From: a virus
Direction: 5' to 3' (one strand)
Virus record (IMG/VR): IMGVR_UViG_3300021373_003070
Length of the DNA stretch: 64,000 nucleotides
A program made the translations under genes and the position numbers. Under the pieces are notes generated by a model. It had not been told where the DNA came from and did no database searches. It saw only the letters and a list, made by a program, of their open reading frames with translations. Within the stretch, counting starts at the first letter, position 1; each line of letters opens with the position of its first letter. Below, piece by piece: positions 28,401-38,000 of the stretch.

Positions 28401-31400
28401 TTGAGGTTGATTACTTCAATCCAACGGCTCGTGGTGGTCTAAAGACAATTGACTCATATCCTATCGATGACGAAAAGACGCTGTCCGAATTAACATCAAA
28501 TGGTACTGTTGTACACAACATCGAAGTTCCAATCATTAGCGTTGGTTCAGGCGAAATATATGATCTACGAGAATCTTTAGACTTTAGACCATTTGTTGAT
28601 CAAACTGCGGCAGATATCACCGATCCTACTGACGCTGGCATTACAACCGATCCAAGTGACGTAGTTGCCTTTACAGGTGCAACAGGATTGCAATTCCCAC
28701 GACCTGAAGGTGATGTGATATTCGATATTACATATAATTTACCACGGCAAGATGAAATTTATGTCGATGTCGATGGTGATTTTACAATTACAAGTGGTAC
28801 GACTAAAGTAGCTAATGATCCAAACTCAATCATGCTTTACCGAGCTGACGTACCAGCATATCCAAGTTTCCCTCAGGTTCAATCAACACAGCTAAAAGAG
28901 ATTGCTGATGTTGGTGTAATAAATGGTAGAGAAACAAACTCAATTCGCGAGAACAAGTATCTAGTCAAAGTAAATGCAGTTGCTAGCCAAAATGAAGGCT
29001 ACACAATGCAAGAAATTTCTAGCCTTGAGCGTCGTATTGAAGCATTGGAAAACGTTCAAAATATCAGTGATCTAGAAGAGTCAGTGAAGAACCGCAAGAT
29101 GCCGAGTTCAATTGATTCATCATTGGAAAGATATAAGTTTGGTTTCTTTGTTGATAATTTCGAAGACTTTAATCTATCGAATCTATCTTCGCCAGAGTAC
29201 GATGCATCTATTTACGAATATGTACTACAGCCATCAAAAAGCACCAGTACATTACGATATAAGTTAGATAAAAATTCTCAGATCTATGCAAATGGCGGAC
29301 AGGCTAAGTTCCCATATAAGCGTAAGACGATTGTGAATCAAGCGTATGCCACTTATGGTCCATATGTTCCTGAGCCTCAGTTGCCTAAAATTAGATATCG
29401 CGATAAATTTACAAATAACAGAAATATGAAGAGCATTGGTGATTCTACTGCTCCATATTCACAATTGCAAAATGTATGGGAAGAAGCAACAGTAGTTGCA
29501 CCAACATTTAGCGATAATAAGCAAAGACTAATATTTGTTAGATTTTTTGTACCAACTGGTAAAGTTGGCTTTGAAATTATTCAATCAAAGACACCGCCAA
29601 CAGCTGGATTTGAGAGTGGTACTGTATTGTGGAGCTCAGCTTCATCGACGCCTACTGATATCACTCCAAACAAATATGGCGAGTTGTATCGAAAAAATTA
29701 TCCTGTAAAAAATAGTAAGAATATTGTATACAGCAGAGATATTAACCCATGGGCGCTTCCAAAGGCTTCAGCAGGTCAGCTGACATTTACAACTGATTCT
29801 GGTTCTATTACATATAACACCTTTACTGGTGCATATCAGGCAACTGCTGCATATAATCACACACAAGGCACATATATCACCGTTAGAGCATTAAAGGGTG
29901 ATGCAGTATTTAATTTCCAAATTACATATCCGGCTATTACAAGTGCCGATCCGATATTTGATACTGGAGCCAACGAAGTAAATGTTCGACCACCAGCTAA
30001 GCCTCGTGGTACATTCTTATATAAGAAGTGTAGTGGTACAGACTTGATCGTTTATCGAGCAGACGGCAATTATGGATCAACAAAAGATACCGTAAGAAAC
30101 TCAAAAGAGTGTGGTTATGTTGAACCAATTATTAAATTACCGCCAATATTGCCACCACCAGTAATTGGATCTCCCGGCGGTCCTCCGGCTCCACAGCCAG
30201 ACCCACCACAACCAGAGCCAGAACCACCACAACCACCAGTTACGCCGGCGTGTCCTGCATCTGGTACAGTGGCTAAGACTGTTTGTAGTAAAACTCCAGA
30301 TAAAACTTTGACGACGTATGTTTACACTGGTAAGCGTTCTTCAACTACTGGTAAGTGTGATATTAGAGTTTCTGAGTCCGATGTTAATAACGTCGAAGTA
30401 TGCAGATATTCTCCACCGCCACCAGTAAAACCACCGGTTTGTGTAATTTTACCGCCACCAGTAATTATTCGTCCACCACCTGTTGTGTGCGGACCAATGG
30501 ATCCACCAGATAACGATGATGGGTGCGTAATTATACCAGAACCAACGCCACCAAAAGATCCTGTTGTAGTGCACCCACCAGTGCGACCACCGGTAATTGT
30601 TATACCTGAGCCACCTGTATTACCTCCACCGAAACCACCGGTGTTGCCGCCACCGCCTGCTAATATTACAATTAGTGATGCGGTTATTAGAGAAGGTGAA
30701 ACAGGTGAAGTTGAAGTTTACTTGAGTAGAAAGAATCGTTCAGATACTACGGTTAATTATTCTATGGGTGGTGGCACAGCTACTGCCGGCAATGATTATG
30801 TCGCCGAATCTGGAACTCTAAGAATTCCAAAAGGCCAGCAAACTGGAAAAATTTCAGTGCAAGCTTTGGCCGATGGAGTTTCAAACGAAGGTACACAAAC
30901 ATTCAACGTTACGATAAGTAGTGCTTCGCAAGGTACTATTACAGATTCAGTTGGTGTTGTTTCAATCACTGATACAACTAGTACACCAATTGTATCGATA
31001 CCAAAATCTCGTGCGATCAACGAAGGAGGCGGTACACTAAACGTACCAATTACTCTTTCGGGCATTTCTGCTAGTAACGTTACTATTAACTATCAAACAA
31101 CAAGTGGTGGTGCTACATCTGGCAGCGACTTTACGCCGACGTCAGGTACAGCAACTATTACTGCCGGTCAGCTTACTACTAATATTTCTATACCAATTAC
31201 TGATGATACAATAGATGAGAGTGCTGAAACGTTTAGACTAAATCTAACTGGAGCAACTAATGCTACCGTTGGTTCAAGTTCTTGCTTAATAACAATTCAA
31301 GATAACGATCCAACTCCAGCGCCAGTACCTCCACCGAAACCACCAGTCAAGCCACCGGTACCGCAGCCACCAGTGTTGCCGCCACCTGCGCCATCCGAGC

Positions 31401-32071
31401 CTATCATTAGGACTGAGCCAGTTGAGGCTGACGTATGGGTAAGGCCGAATGATACGATACACGCAGGTCAATCTCCGGATAAGCGACTGGATTTCATTAA
31501 GATAACTCCGCCGCCTATCGTTCCAACAGTGCCCGTAACTCCAGCAGCTGCACCACCAGTAAGCACTCCAAACAACTTTACTGGCGCTGGCTCTGGTTGT
31601 TTCCAAGCTGGAACAAAAATTATGTTGCACGACTATAGCTACAAGAATGTAGAAGATATTGAAGTCGGCGATATAGTGATGGGTGCAGAAGGTGTACATA
31701 ATACTGTTGATGAAGTATATGATATTGCTGAAGATCTTCGACCTATGGCTAATGTCAATGGATTGCATCTTACAGATTATCACCCAATACTTACTACAGA
31801 AGGTTGGAAAGCAGTTAACCCTGTAACATCAAATGAGCATCACCCAGATCTAAATGTTGGTCAATTAGAAATAGGTGATGAAATTGTTTCTATCACAGGT
31901 CCTGAAAGTTTAGTTGCTTCTGAGATTGTGGTAAATATTGATAAGTATAATTCTACTGATAAAGTTTACAACTTCAAAGTAGACAATGACAATACTTACA
32001 CAGCAAACAATTTAGTAGTACACAACAAGTTGTTTACATTTAATCGACTCCGCTTAGGACGTTCAACGTAA
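25454..32071 (+). CDS. VrlC/DUF4815-type large virion protein, N-terminal half, with Pro/Cys-rich linker, two Calx-beta domains and a C-terminal Hint domain
   Basis: NLSVAPYFDDY..YRILFKP..VQ.RE.NQ.Q.ILQNQ; APGANRLK; RTYEESGNY; DFRP; RYKFGFFVDNF; two Calx-beta-like repeats (ATAGNDY, ATSGSDF). Confidence 0.85.
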   Translation: MPLSTNLSVAPYFDDYDVNSEYYRILFKPATAVQVREMNQMQAILQNQIEQFGDHIIRSGSILSGCQFDFNYSMPYVKILDKATQGAAVDVLRYTGYFAEGATNGVKAKITHTIAGFEGSDPDLNTLYLNYISGGTNGDVDSFVENEVLRIYSGDDRLHDIIVNDPSSGFSNSDTVIILSAIEVANATNSEGGFSSPFIDGETLVDNVVSPTVRVQIYDTPEDIDEDNSVLLRIKPLDSDMAPSPNATYWENLEEAGTLIGLTSGNEATLTRFRGEGATGKITTSRTGSIASADISTGGIEYDILPFVGIYSTTATTLQVGQLDLQAQDYVTQVRVGTGAQFTDPIGYGFGVKVSEGQIYQKGHFMASDAQFIVASKYSNTPSDLSVGFSTTESITNVFTDSTLYDNARGFSNEGAPGANRLKLTPTLVSRTTTEEESDPAYLPLVKFSEGRPYSLNEMTQYAQLGEMIAQRTYEESGNYTLDPFKIVTRSANDFTDSDESFTYVIDPGHAYVNGYRVKTVQNFAKTVAKGTETKSETAVGQDLDYGNYIIVNNLVGALNFKNADSIELRDTAGTFLDAETPAPSQEGSLVGTARVRSVTYEQGIQGTIEGQYRLYLFDISMNAGKNFKRDVRSIYAVEGSLEAAADLVLSSGNEFVLRTLRSEANQLDENGDIVPLTYTQLAEVKSPLNQSLLISTSKPVVYSGSGLSNIEYTYRTASDDLLIGATGQISVSAQGTATFPYIDTLTTVQRSEVIIIPTDSDVRDTVAFGTSALTVDSAGADSEGNIKLTASSGIFGGLEVGDWFQGAAGKKAQIQAIVGADAVKVKVRTNVADYPGQSSEALYRVHPVNVPVSRFTATCPSPYTSLVIDLGLSGVNGGQISNGATVVYLQKYSNVAEVSMTPRRSRFVRLTTAGAFKGNTPRSLGIPGIFRLRKVYNGTTTSDADITSEFYVDSGQTANYWGLGKLFRTDDASTTLAGTILVEVDYFNPTARGGLKTIDSYPIDDEKTLSELTSNGTVVHNIEVPIISVGSGEIYDLRESLDFRPFVDQTAADITDPTDAGITTDPSDVVAFTGATGLQFPRPEGDVIFDITYNLPRQDEIYVDVDGDFTITSGTTKVANDPNSIMLYRADVPAYPSFPQVQSTQLKEIADVGVINGRETNSIRENKYLVKVNAVASQNEGYTMQEISSLERRIEALENVQNISDLEESVKNRKMPSSIDSSLERYKFGFFVDNFEDFNLSNLSSPEYDASIYEYVLQPSKSTSTLRYKLDKNSQIYANGGQAKFPYKRKTIVNQAYATYGPYVPEPQLPKIRYRDKFTNNRNMKSIGDSTAPYSQLQNVWEEATVVAPTFSDNKQRLIFVRFFVPTGKVGFEIIQSKTPPTAGFESGTVLWSSASSTPTDITPNKYGELYRKNYPVKNSKNIVYSRDINPWALPKASAGQLTFTTDSGSITYNTFTGAYQATAAYNHTQGTYITVRALKGDAVFNFQITYPAITSADPIFDTGANEVNVRPPAKPRGTFLYKKCSGTDLIVYRADGNYGSTKDTVRNSKECGYVEPIIKLPPILPPPVIGSPGGPPAPQPDPPQPEPEPPQPPVTPACPASGTVAKTVCSKTPDKTLTTYVYTGKRSSTTGKCDIRVSESDVNNVEVCRYSPPPPVKPPVCVILPPPVIIRPPPVVCGPMDPPDNDDGCVIIPEPTPPKDPVVVHPPVRPPVIVIPEPPVLPPPKPPVLPPPPANITISDAVIREGETGEVEVYLSRKNRSDTTVNYSMGGGTATAGNDYVAESGTLRIPKGQQTGKISVQALADGVSNEGTQTFNVTISSASQGTITDSVGVVSITDTTSTPIVSIPKSRAINEGGGTLNVPITLSGISASNVTINYQTTSGGATSGSDFTPTSGTATITAGQLTTNISIPITDDTIDESAETFRLNLTGATNATVGSSSCLITIQDNDPTPAPVPPPKPPVKPPVPQPPVLPPPAPSEPIIRTEPVEADVWVRPNDTIHAGQSPDKRLDFIKITPPPIVPTVPVTPAAAPPVSTPNNFTGAGSGCFQAGTKIMLHDYSYKNVEDIEVGDIVMGAEGVHNTVDEVYDIAEDLRPMANVNGLHLTDYHPILTTEGWKAVNPVTSNEHHPDLNVGQLEIGDEIVSITGPESLVASEIVVNIDKYNSTDKVYNFKVDNDNTYTANNLVVHNKLFTFNRLRLGRST
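31598..32026 (+). other. Hint (intein-like) autoprocessing domain within CDS 25454-32071
   Basis: CFQAGTKI..KNVEDIEVGD.V..T..HP..VYNFKVD..TY.AN..VHN; followed by Lys and a 13-aa tail; no endonuclease. Confidence 0.88.
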
Positions 32072-32086
32072 TTTAGAGAAATAGAT

Positions 32087-34876
32087 ATGGCCCGTAAACG
32101 CTTACGAAATAATATGGCAAGATTGAAGAGGAAGGATGATAACTTCTTCGCTCTTCCGGAAGCTGTTAGACTGCCAATGCGTCCACGACAAATGGCTATT
32201 AAAGCCCGTGGATGCAAGCCTAATACACGATACAAGGTATGCTTGGATAATTTTCCCGGCCGTGATTTTGAAGACATTCAACACACAGCCAGACCAATAG
32301 GGGAATCCATAAAAAACAATCCAAGGCCGTTTGGTAATCGTGTATATGAGTATCTAAAGTCAGATGAAAAAGGCGAGATTGTTTTCTCCTGTTTGCCTTT
32401 CGGTTCAGACGCAATCGATATACCAGCTAACCCACAAACTAAAAGGCCAACTCGTACTTGTTGGTCACAGTTTAAGTTGCGAACAAAAGAAAACGACGTA
32501 GGTAGAGACAGAGTCTGTTTGATTGAAGCTGGACAAATTACAAATCCGTATACAACAGACAAAATTAAACAAGTAAAGTTTGATTACGAATCATCAACGG
32601 TAGCTGATCAAGGTGTTAATAAAGGTACAAATGCTTTACCGCCCGGTGTATTGATACCGTGTTTCTTTCCACCTATTCGTAAGAAGAAAATCAAATCGCC
32701 ACAAGAAGTATCTGGTACATTTTATCAAACATTCTATATCAATTCCAAGTCAGTTGGCGGAGCAAAGCATGTAGATATTACAGACGTAATTTTATATCTG
32801 CGTCGTAAGCCTAATAAAAGATCCAATAAATCTGGTACAGAATTGCCCGGTATTACAGTATCACTTATGGAAACAAATGCAGATGGAAGTCCACGCGTTG
32901 GTTCAGTTTTCCAAGAAGGTGTATCAACCGTTGAATGGCGCGATGTCGATGCATCTCCACTCGCTACAACTGGTACTCGATTTGATTTTCAATCACCAGT
33001 TACAGTTGAAACAAATAAGTCTTATGCTATTGCTGTTGTTCCGGAAAGCGAAGAGTATGTATTCTGGTTTAGTCAAAAGGGTGATCTATTACTTGTAAAC
33101 GGTGATAAGACTGAAAGACGATCTTCAGGTTCTTCTAAGCGTCATCAAGGTGATTACTATCCAGCGAGAACATCTACAACGCCCGGTTCTGGCGTAACTC
33201 GTCGAGAAAAGAAATGGCAGCCAGATCAAGACTTAGATCTCAAATTTAAAGTTAACGTTGCAGAGTATTCCGTAGGCGATACTAGTATACAAATGATTAA
33301 TGGCGATTACGAATTTGTACAATTAACAGCGGCGGCTGACACAGAATGGATGCCCGGCGAAGTTGTATACAAAGAAAATACGCCATTAACAGGTACAGCT
33401 ACAATTGTTGCTGGTAGAAAGTACATTGACAATGGTAATACTGGAGATTATTCTACGCTGCTTGATGGTGATGTTCTTATTGTAGAGAGTTCTGTAGATG
33501 ATACACAGGTTCAAGTATTTACAGTTGATGCGACGTCATTTACACCTACCACACGCCGTGTTTATGTCAACGAGTATGCTGAAACAAGCATGTCTGGTAC
33601 TGTACGAAATACAGTCGTTGGCCAGATTGATCACTTCGATCTTGATTTTAAATTTTTAAGATTGGAACACTCATCTGTATCAATTGATCAATACCTCGCA
33701 GATAATACAATGCGATTTGCGCCCGGTGATACTATTCGAGGTGTAGAATCTCGAGATTCTGGTGTAATTGATTACTTGGACGTATTGGATGTAAGTGTAT
33801 TTAGACCATCATTTGTCGGTGAGATGCCTGATGATTTTAAGATTACTACTTCACACCAATTCTCAGAGTTGGATTCAGGAAGTATCGAATCAGGTACTGG
33901 TAACTTCTCTCTAGATACGACATCACCATTAATGTATCTAAATGGTCCTAACAAACTCGATTATGCTGGCTTAGTAATGTCAAAATCTCTTGAAGTATTA
34001 GACGCTACTGATATGCATAATCCGTCTACTGATACGAAGTCTTCAGTATTAAAAATGAACTTCTCATACACAGGTGCAAATACAAAGGTATTCGAAGCTC
34101 CTTCATTGGATATTGGTCAGTTTCAGGTTGTTGCTCATAGATTTAAAATAAACAATGATTCTACTAATGAGCACACTAATAATGGTAACGCATTGACCAA
34201 GCATATTTCTAAGAAGTTAGATTTTAATGGACAAGAAGCTGAAGACGTACGAGTTATATTAAGCGCATTTAAGCCTCGACAAACTGATGTCGAAGTATAT
34301 GCAAAGATATTAAACTCTAGTGATTCTGCTGAGTTTGATGATAAATACTGGACAAAGCTAGAACAAATTAGTAACTTAAATGGATTTAGTGCGGCCGGTT
34401 CGCTTAACGATTACAGAGAATATGAGTACTCATTCCCTGCATCACCACCTACATTAGACACTGCTGCCGGTGAATTTACGACAACTTTAGATAGTGCCGT
34501 GATCACAGGTTCATCTTCGTCTAACGTAGCTGCATTCTCGGTTGGTCAAACTATTAAGTTATATAGTCCATTGTTCCCGACTAATTATAGTGTTTATTCT
34601 ATTCAAAATATCGATATCGGTAATGATCAAATTACTGTTAATGAAACGGTCAGTAATAATAGTATTGTTGGTACAGGTTTCAAGATCGATACTTTAGAAA
34701 CTGAGCAAACAGCTTTCCATAATCCACAGAATGACGGCATTGTTCGATACTTTGGTGCAAATGGCGAGTCATATGATAACTATAACACTGTTGCCATTAA
34801 GATTGTTTTATTGGCAGAAAACAGAAAACTTACGCCAAGAGTTGATGATTTTAGATTGATTGGAGTTACAGCCTAA
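32087..34876 (+). CDS. VrlC/DUF4815-type virion protein, C-terminal half
   Basis: GCKPNTR; QTF.I..T.V.LY..K..P..F.F.SPV..YA; DLKF.V..A; HISK..AED.RV..EYEY..AIKIVL..PRV.D.R.I. Confidence 0.8.
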   Translation: MARKRLRNNMARLKRKDDNFFALPEAVRLPMRPRQMAIKARGCKPNTRYKVCLDNFPGRDFEDIQHTARPIGESIKNNPRPFGNRVYEYLKSDEKGEIVFSCLPFGSDAIDIPANPQTKRPTRTCWSQFKLRTKENDVGRDRVCLIEAGQITNPYTTDKIKQVKFDYESSTVADQGVNKGTNALPPGVLIPCFFPPIRKKKIKSPQEVSGTFYQTFYINSKSVGGAKHVDITDVILYLRRKPNKRSNKSGTELPGITVSLMETNADGSPRVGSVFQEGVSTVEWRDVDASPLATTGTRFDFQSPVTVETNKSYAIAVVPESEEYVFWFSQKGDLLLVNGDKTERRSSGSSKRHQGDYYPARTSTTPGSGVTRREKKWQPDQDLDLKFKVNVAEYSVGDTSIQMINGDYEFVQLTAAADTEWMPGEVVYKENTPLTGTATIVAGRKYIDNGNTGDYSTLLDGDVLIVESSVDDTQVQVFTVDATSFTPTTRRVYVNEYAETSMSGTVRNTVVGQIDHFDLDFKFLRLEHSSVSIDQYLADNTMRFAPGDTIRGVESRDSGVIDYLDVLDVSVFRPSFVGEMPDDFKITTSHQFSELDSGSIESGTGNFSLDTTSPLMYLNGPNKLDYAGLVMSKSLEVLDATDMHNPSTDTKSSVLKMNFSYTGANTKVFEAPSLDIGQFQVVAHRFKINNDSTNEHTNNGNALTKHISKKLDFNGQEAEDVRVILSAFKPRQTDVEVYAKILNSSDSAEFDDKYWTKLEQISNLNGFSAAGSLNDYREYEYSFPASPPTLDTAAGEFTTTLDSAVITGSSSSNVAAFSVGQTIKLYSPLFPTNYSVYSIQNIDIGNDQITVNETVSNNSIVGTGFKIDTLETEQTAFHNPQNDGIVRYFGANGESYDNYNTVAIKIVLLAENRKLTPRVDDFRLIGVTA

Positions 34877-35067
34877 TGAATGATGGATTGACTAAGGTTG
34901 ATCAAAATACTTATATAAATAATTCAAGTACAGATTATCAAAAATTTAAGCAAGAACGCGAAAAACTAAAACAAGCAAGAGACATGTCGAATAGGATCAC
35001 TCAATTAGAAACACAGGTGACCAAGATTATGACCCTCATAGAAGAACTTAATGCTAGGATCAAATAA
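34876..35067 (+). CDS. small coiled-coil protein typical after VrlC-like genes
   Basis: IN....Y..FK..R...RI..LE..V..I..L; TAATG overlaps on both sides. Confidence 0.75.
   Translation: MNDGLTKVDQNTYINNSSTDYQKFKQEREKLKQARDMSNRITQLETQVTKIMTLIEELNARIK
34914..34921 (+). promoter_or_regulatory. late promoter
   Basis: TATAAATA upstream of the 1962-aa fibre gene. Confidence 0.6.
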
Positions 35068-38000
35068 TGGCGCTACTTTCAGGTTTCGATGAATTAAATT
35101 CAGCAAATGCAACATTTAGTGATTGGTTAACAAAAACCAATGAGCTAATCTTGCTTATGCGAGGTGCAAATACAGCGCCAAGTATTACCTCAGTCATGAC
35201 GGCTAACTCGCTTCCCGGCGGTTCAATGACATTTGGAAATGCTACACTATTTGGCCAATTTACTGCTAATACGATGGTCGTATTGAACGATGGTGAAAAT
35301 GATGGATCAGACGATAATGTTTTCGCCAATGGTAACTTTGGTGGATTAAGAGGTGGTGTATGGAATAATGCTTCTAATACAATCACTGCTGATACATTAT
35401 ACATCGTTTCCAATACCACGTACACAGATGAATCAGTTGAGGTCTATGTCGATTCTACTTATGGTCTTATTGTTGAGCAAAATATTGAAGCGCGGCATGA
35501 TGTCTTATTTGTAGGTAACGGTGGTTCTAACACAAATCCAAAGATGCATTGGGAAGATGCAGACAATATTCTTAGTTTCAATAACAACGTAAGAGCTGTC
35601 TTTGGTAAGAACGCAGGCTCAGAAGTTGTAGGCGGTACAGGACAAGCAGAATTCTTATTTGTTGATGCAGATAATCGAATGTATGTCAACACGGAGAATA
35701 TGAACATCCGTGCAAATACTGACGTCAACTTTATCACAGACAACTTTGAGCTGAAGTCAGATATAGGCTCAGAACTTTATATCTCAGCTGACGTTGCAGA
35801 TAACAGCACAGTCAAGCTATACTATGAAGGTAACGAAAGACTCGCCACGAACACACATGGTATTGTAGTCACAGGCGATGCCATTGTACAAGACGATCTT
35901 GTTATGTTTGATGGTGGCCGAATCATGATGGGTAACACATATCCATATGACGGCACACAGGATATTGCATCATATAACTTTCAAATTTATACAGACGGCA
36001 CTGACGGTATTATTGTATCTGGTGACAAAGATCTCAATATCTTTGTTCATGAAGGATTCAATCTTACAAATGAACCCGGCACGATAAACTTCATCACAGC
36101 TAATAACGATGGCTCAAGCGAAGTTGTTCTTTATAATAACGGTACTGCTCGCCTCGAAACAACCGGTGCACAGGCTGGTGAAGTTCCGGGTGTAGAAATC
36201 TTTGGTGAAGCGAATACGACTACATTGCGTGTACGTCAAGATGCAAACTTTGACAACGATACTTTAAACTCGAACAGTGTTCATTGGGATGCAACAAACG
36301 AAGTATGGAATTACCGTGATTCAGTTAAAGCCACATTCGGTGATAGCGATGACTGGGAGATGTTCTATACTGCTGCAGGTCGTGCATACTCTAATACAGA
36401 TAATCAAGATATTCGAGCCAGAACTGATCTAAATGTTATTTCCAACATTGTGGAAATGAAATCAGAGACAGGCGGCGAATTGTATATCTCAGCAGATGTT
36501 GCTGACAATAGCACTGTCAAACTTTACTACGAAGGTAACGTAAGACTATCTACAAATACACATGGTATTGAAGTTGATGGCGATGTTGTAGTAAAAGATA
36601 ATACTGTCATCTTCGACAATAACAAGCTGTTGATGGGTGGCACATATCCATATACCGGCGGCGAAGCAATCGCCGATTATAATTTCCAAATTTACACTGA
36701 CGGAACCGATGGTATTATTGTTTCTGGTGATAAAGATCTAAACATCTTTGTACACGAAGGATTCAATCTTACTAACGAGCCCGGCACTGTTAGCTTTATT
36801 ACTGCTAATAATGACGGATCAAGTGAAGTTGTACTATACAATAATGGTACAGCAAGATTAGAAACGACTGGTTCACAAGTCGGTGAAGTGCCCGGCGTAG
36901 AGATTCATGGTGAAGCCAACACTGATACACTACGTGTTGAAGGCGATGTTCGCTTCGATGGTTCTACAGACGGTATAACAACAACACTCAATGCTAACAA
37001 CATCGAATGGACATCATTGTCAAATACAATGAACTTCGATGATAACACATATCTTGAGTTTGGTACATCTGGCGACTTCAAGATTCACCATGATGGATCT
37101 CACACATATATGCAAGACACTGCCGGCGTCGGTAATGTCTACTTAGATACAAATACCTTCATTGTTAGAAATGCAGCTGGCAACGAAAATCTAATTCGTG
37201 CGATTCAAGATGATGGCGTAACTCTTTACTTTAATAATAGTCAGCGATTAGATACTACAAACCTTGGTGTTGACATTGAAGGCGAAGCAAACACCGATAC
37301 ATTGCGTGTTCAAGCCAACGCAACGTTTGAGTCAGATGCAATTAGTCCAAACGAAGCTGCGTTAGAGTGGAATTCGGCATCGCGAGTACTTGATTGGAAT
37401 GATAATGCTCGAGCAAGATTTGGTAATGGTGTAGATCTACAGATCTGGCATAGTAGCGCAGATAATAGTTCATATATTGCAGAATCTGGTGCTGGTAATC
37501 TGAACATATCAGGTACTAACATCAACATCGAAGCTCAAGACGGTAGCAATTATATTACAGCAGTCGACGATGGTAGCGTTAGTATTTTCTTTGCCGGCGA
37601 CGGCGTCAGCGATAACGGTAATATTGCACGACTGACTACAACAGACATCGGTGTTGATATTGAAGGTGAGGCCAATACTGATACACTTCGAGTACAAGGC
37701 GACGTTGCAATTGAAGATGGTACTGGTACTGTAGAAGTTACATGGGATGCATCCAATAGCAGAATGAATTTTGTGGACGAAGCAAGATTACGTTTTGGTG
37801 ATAGTGCAGACCTACAAATATGGCACAGCGGTACAGCATCATGGATAGCAGATTCAGGAACAGGCAACCTATTCATCGAAGGTACAAACTTAGTACTAAG
37901 AGCTACCGATGATACACGTTATCTTGTAGGTACCGATGGAACTGGCGTAGAAATTTATTCACCTGACGATAGTGTTGCATTAACTGCAAATAACAATCAG

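Noticed and set aside
31598-32026. Canonical mobile intein
   Set aside because: No homing endonuclease, +1 residue is Lys, and only a 14-aa C-terminal tail follows.
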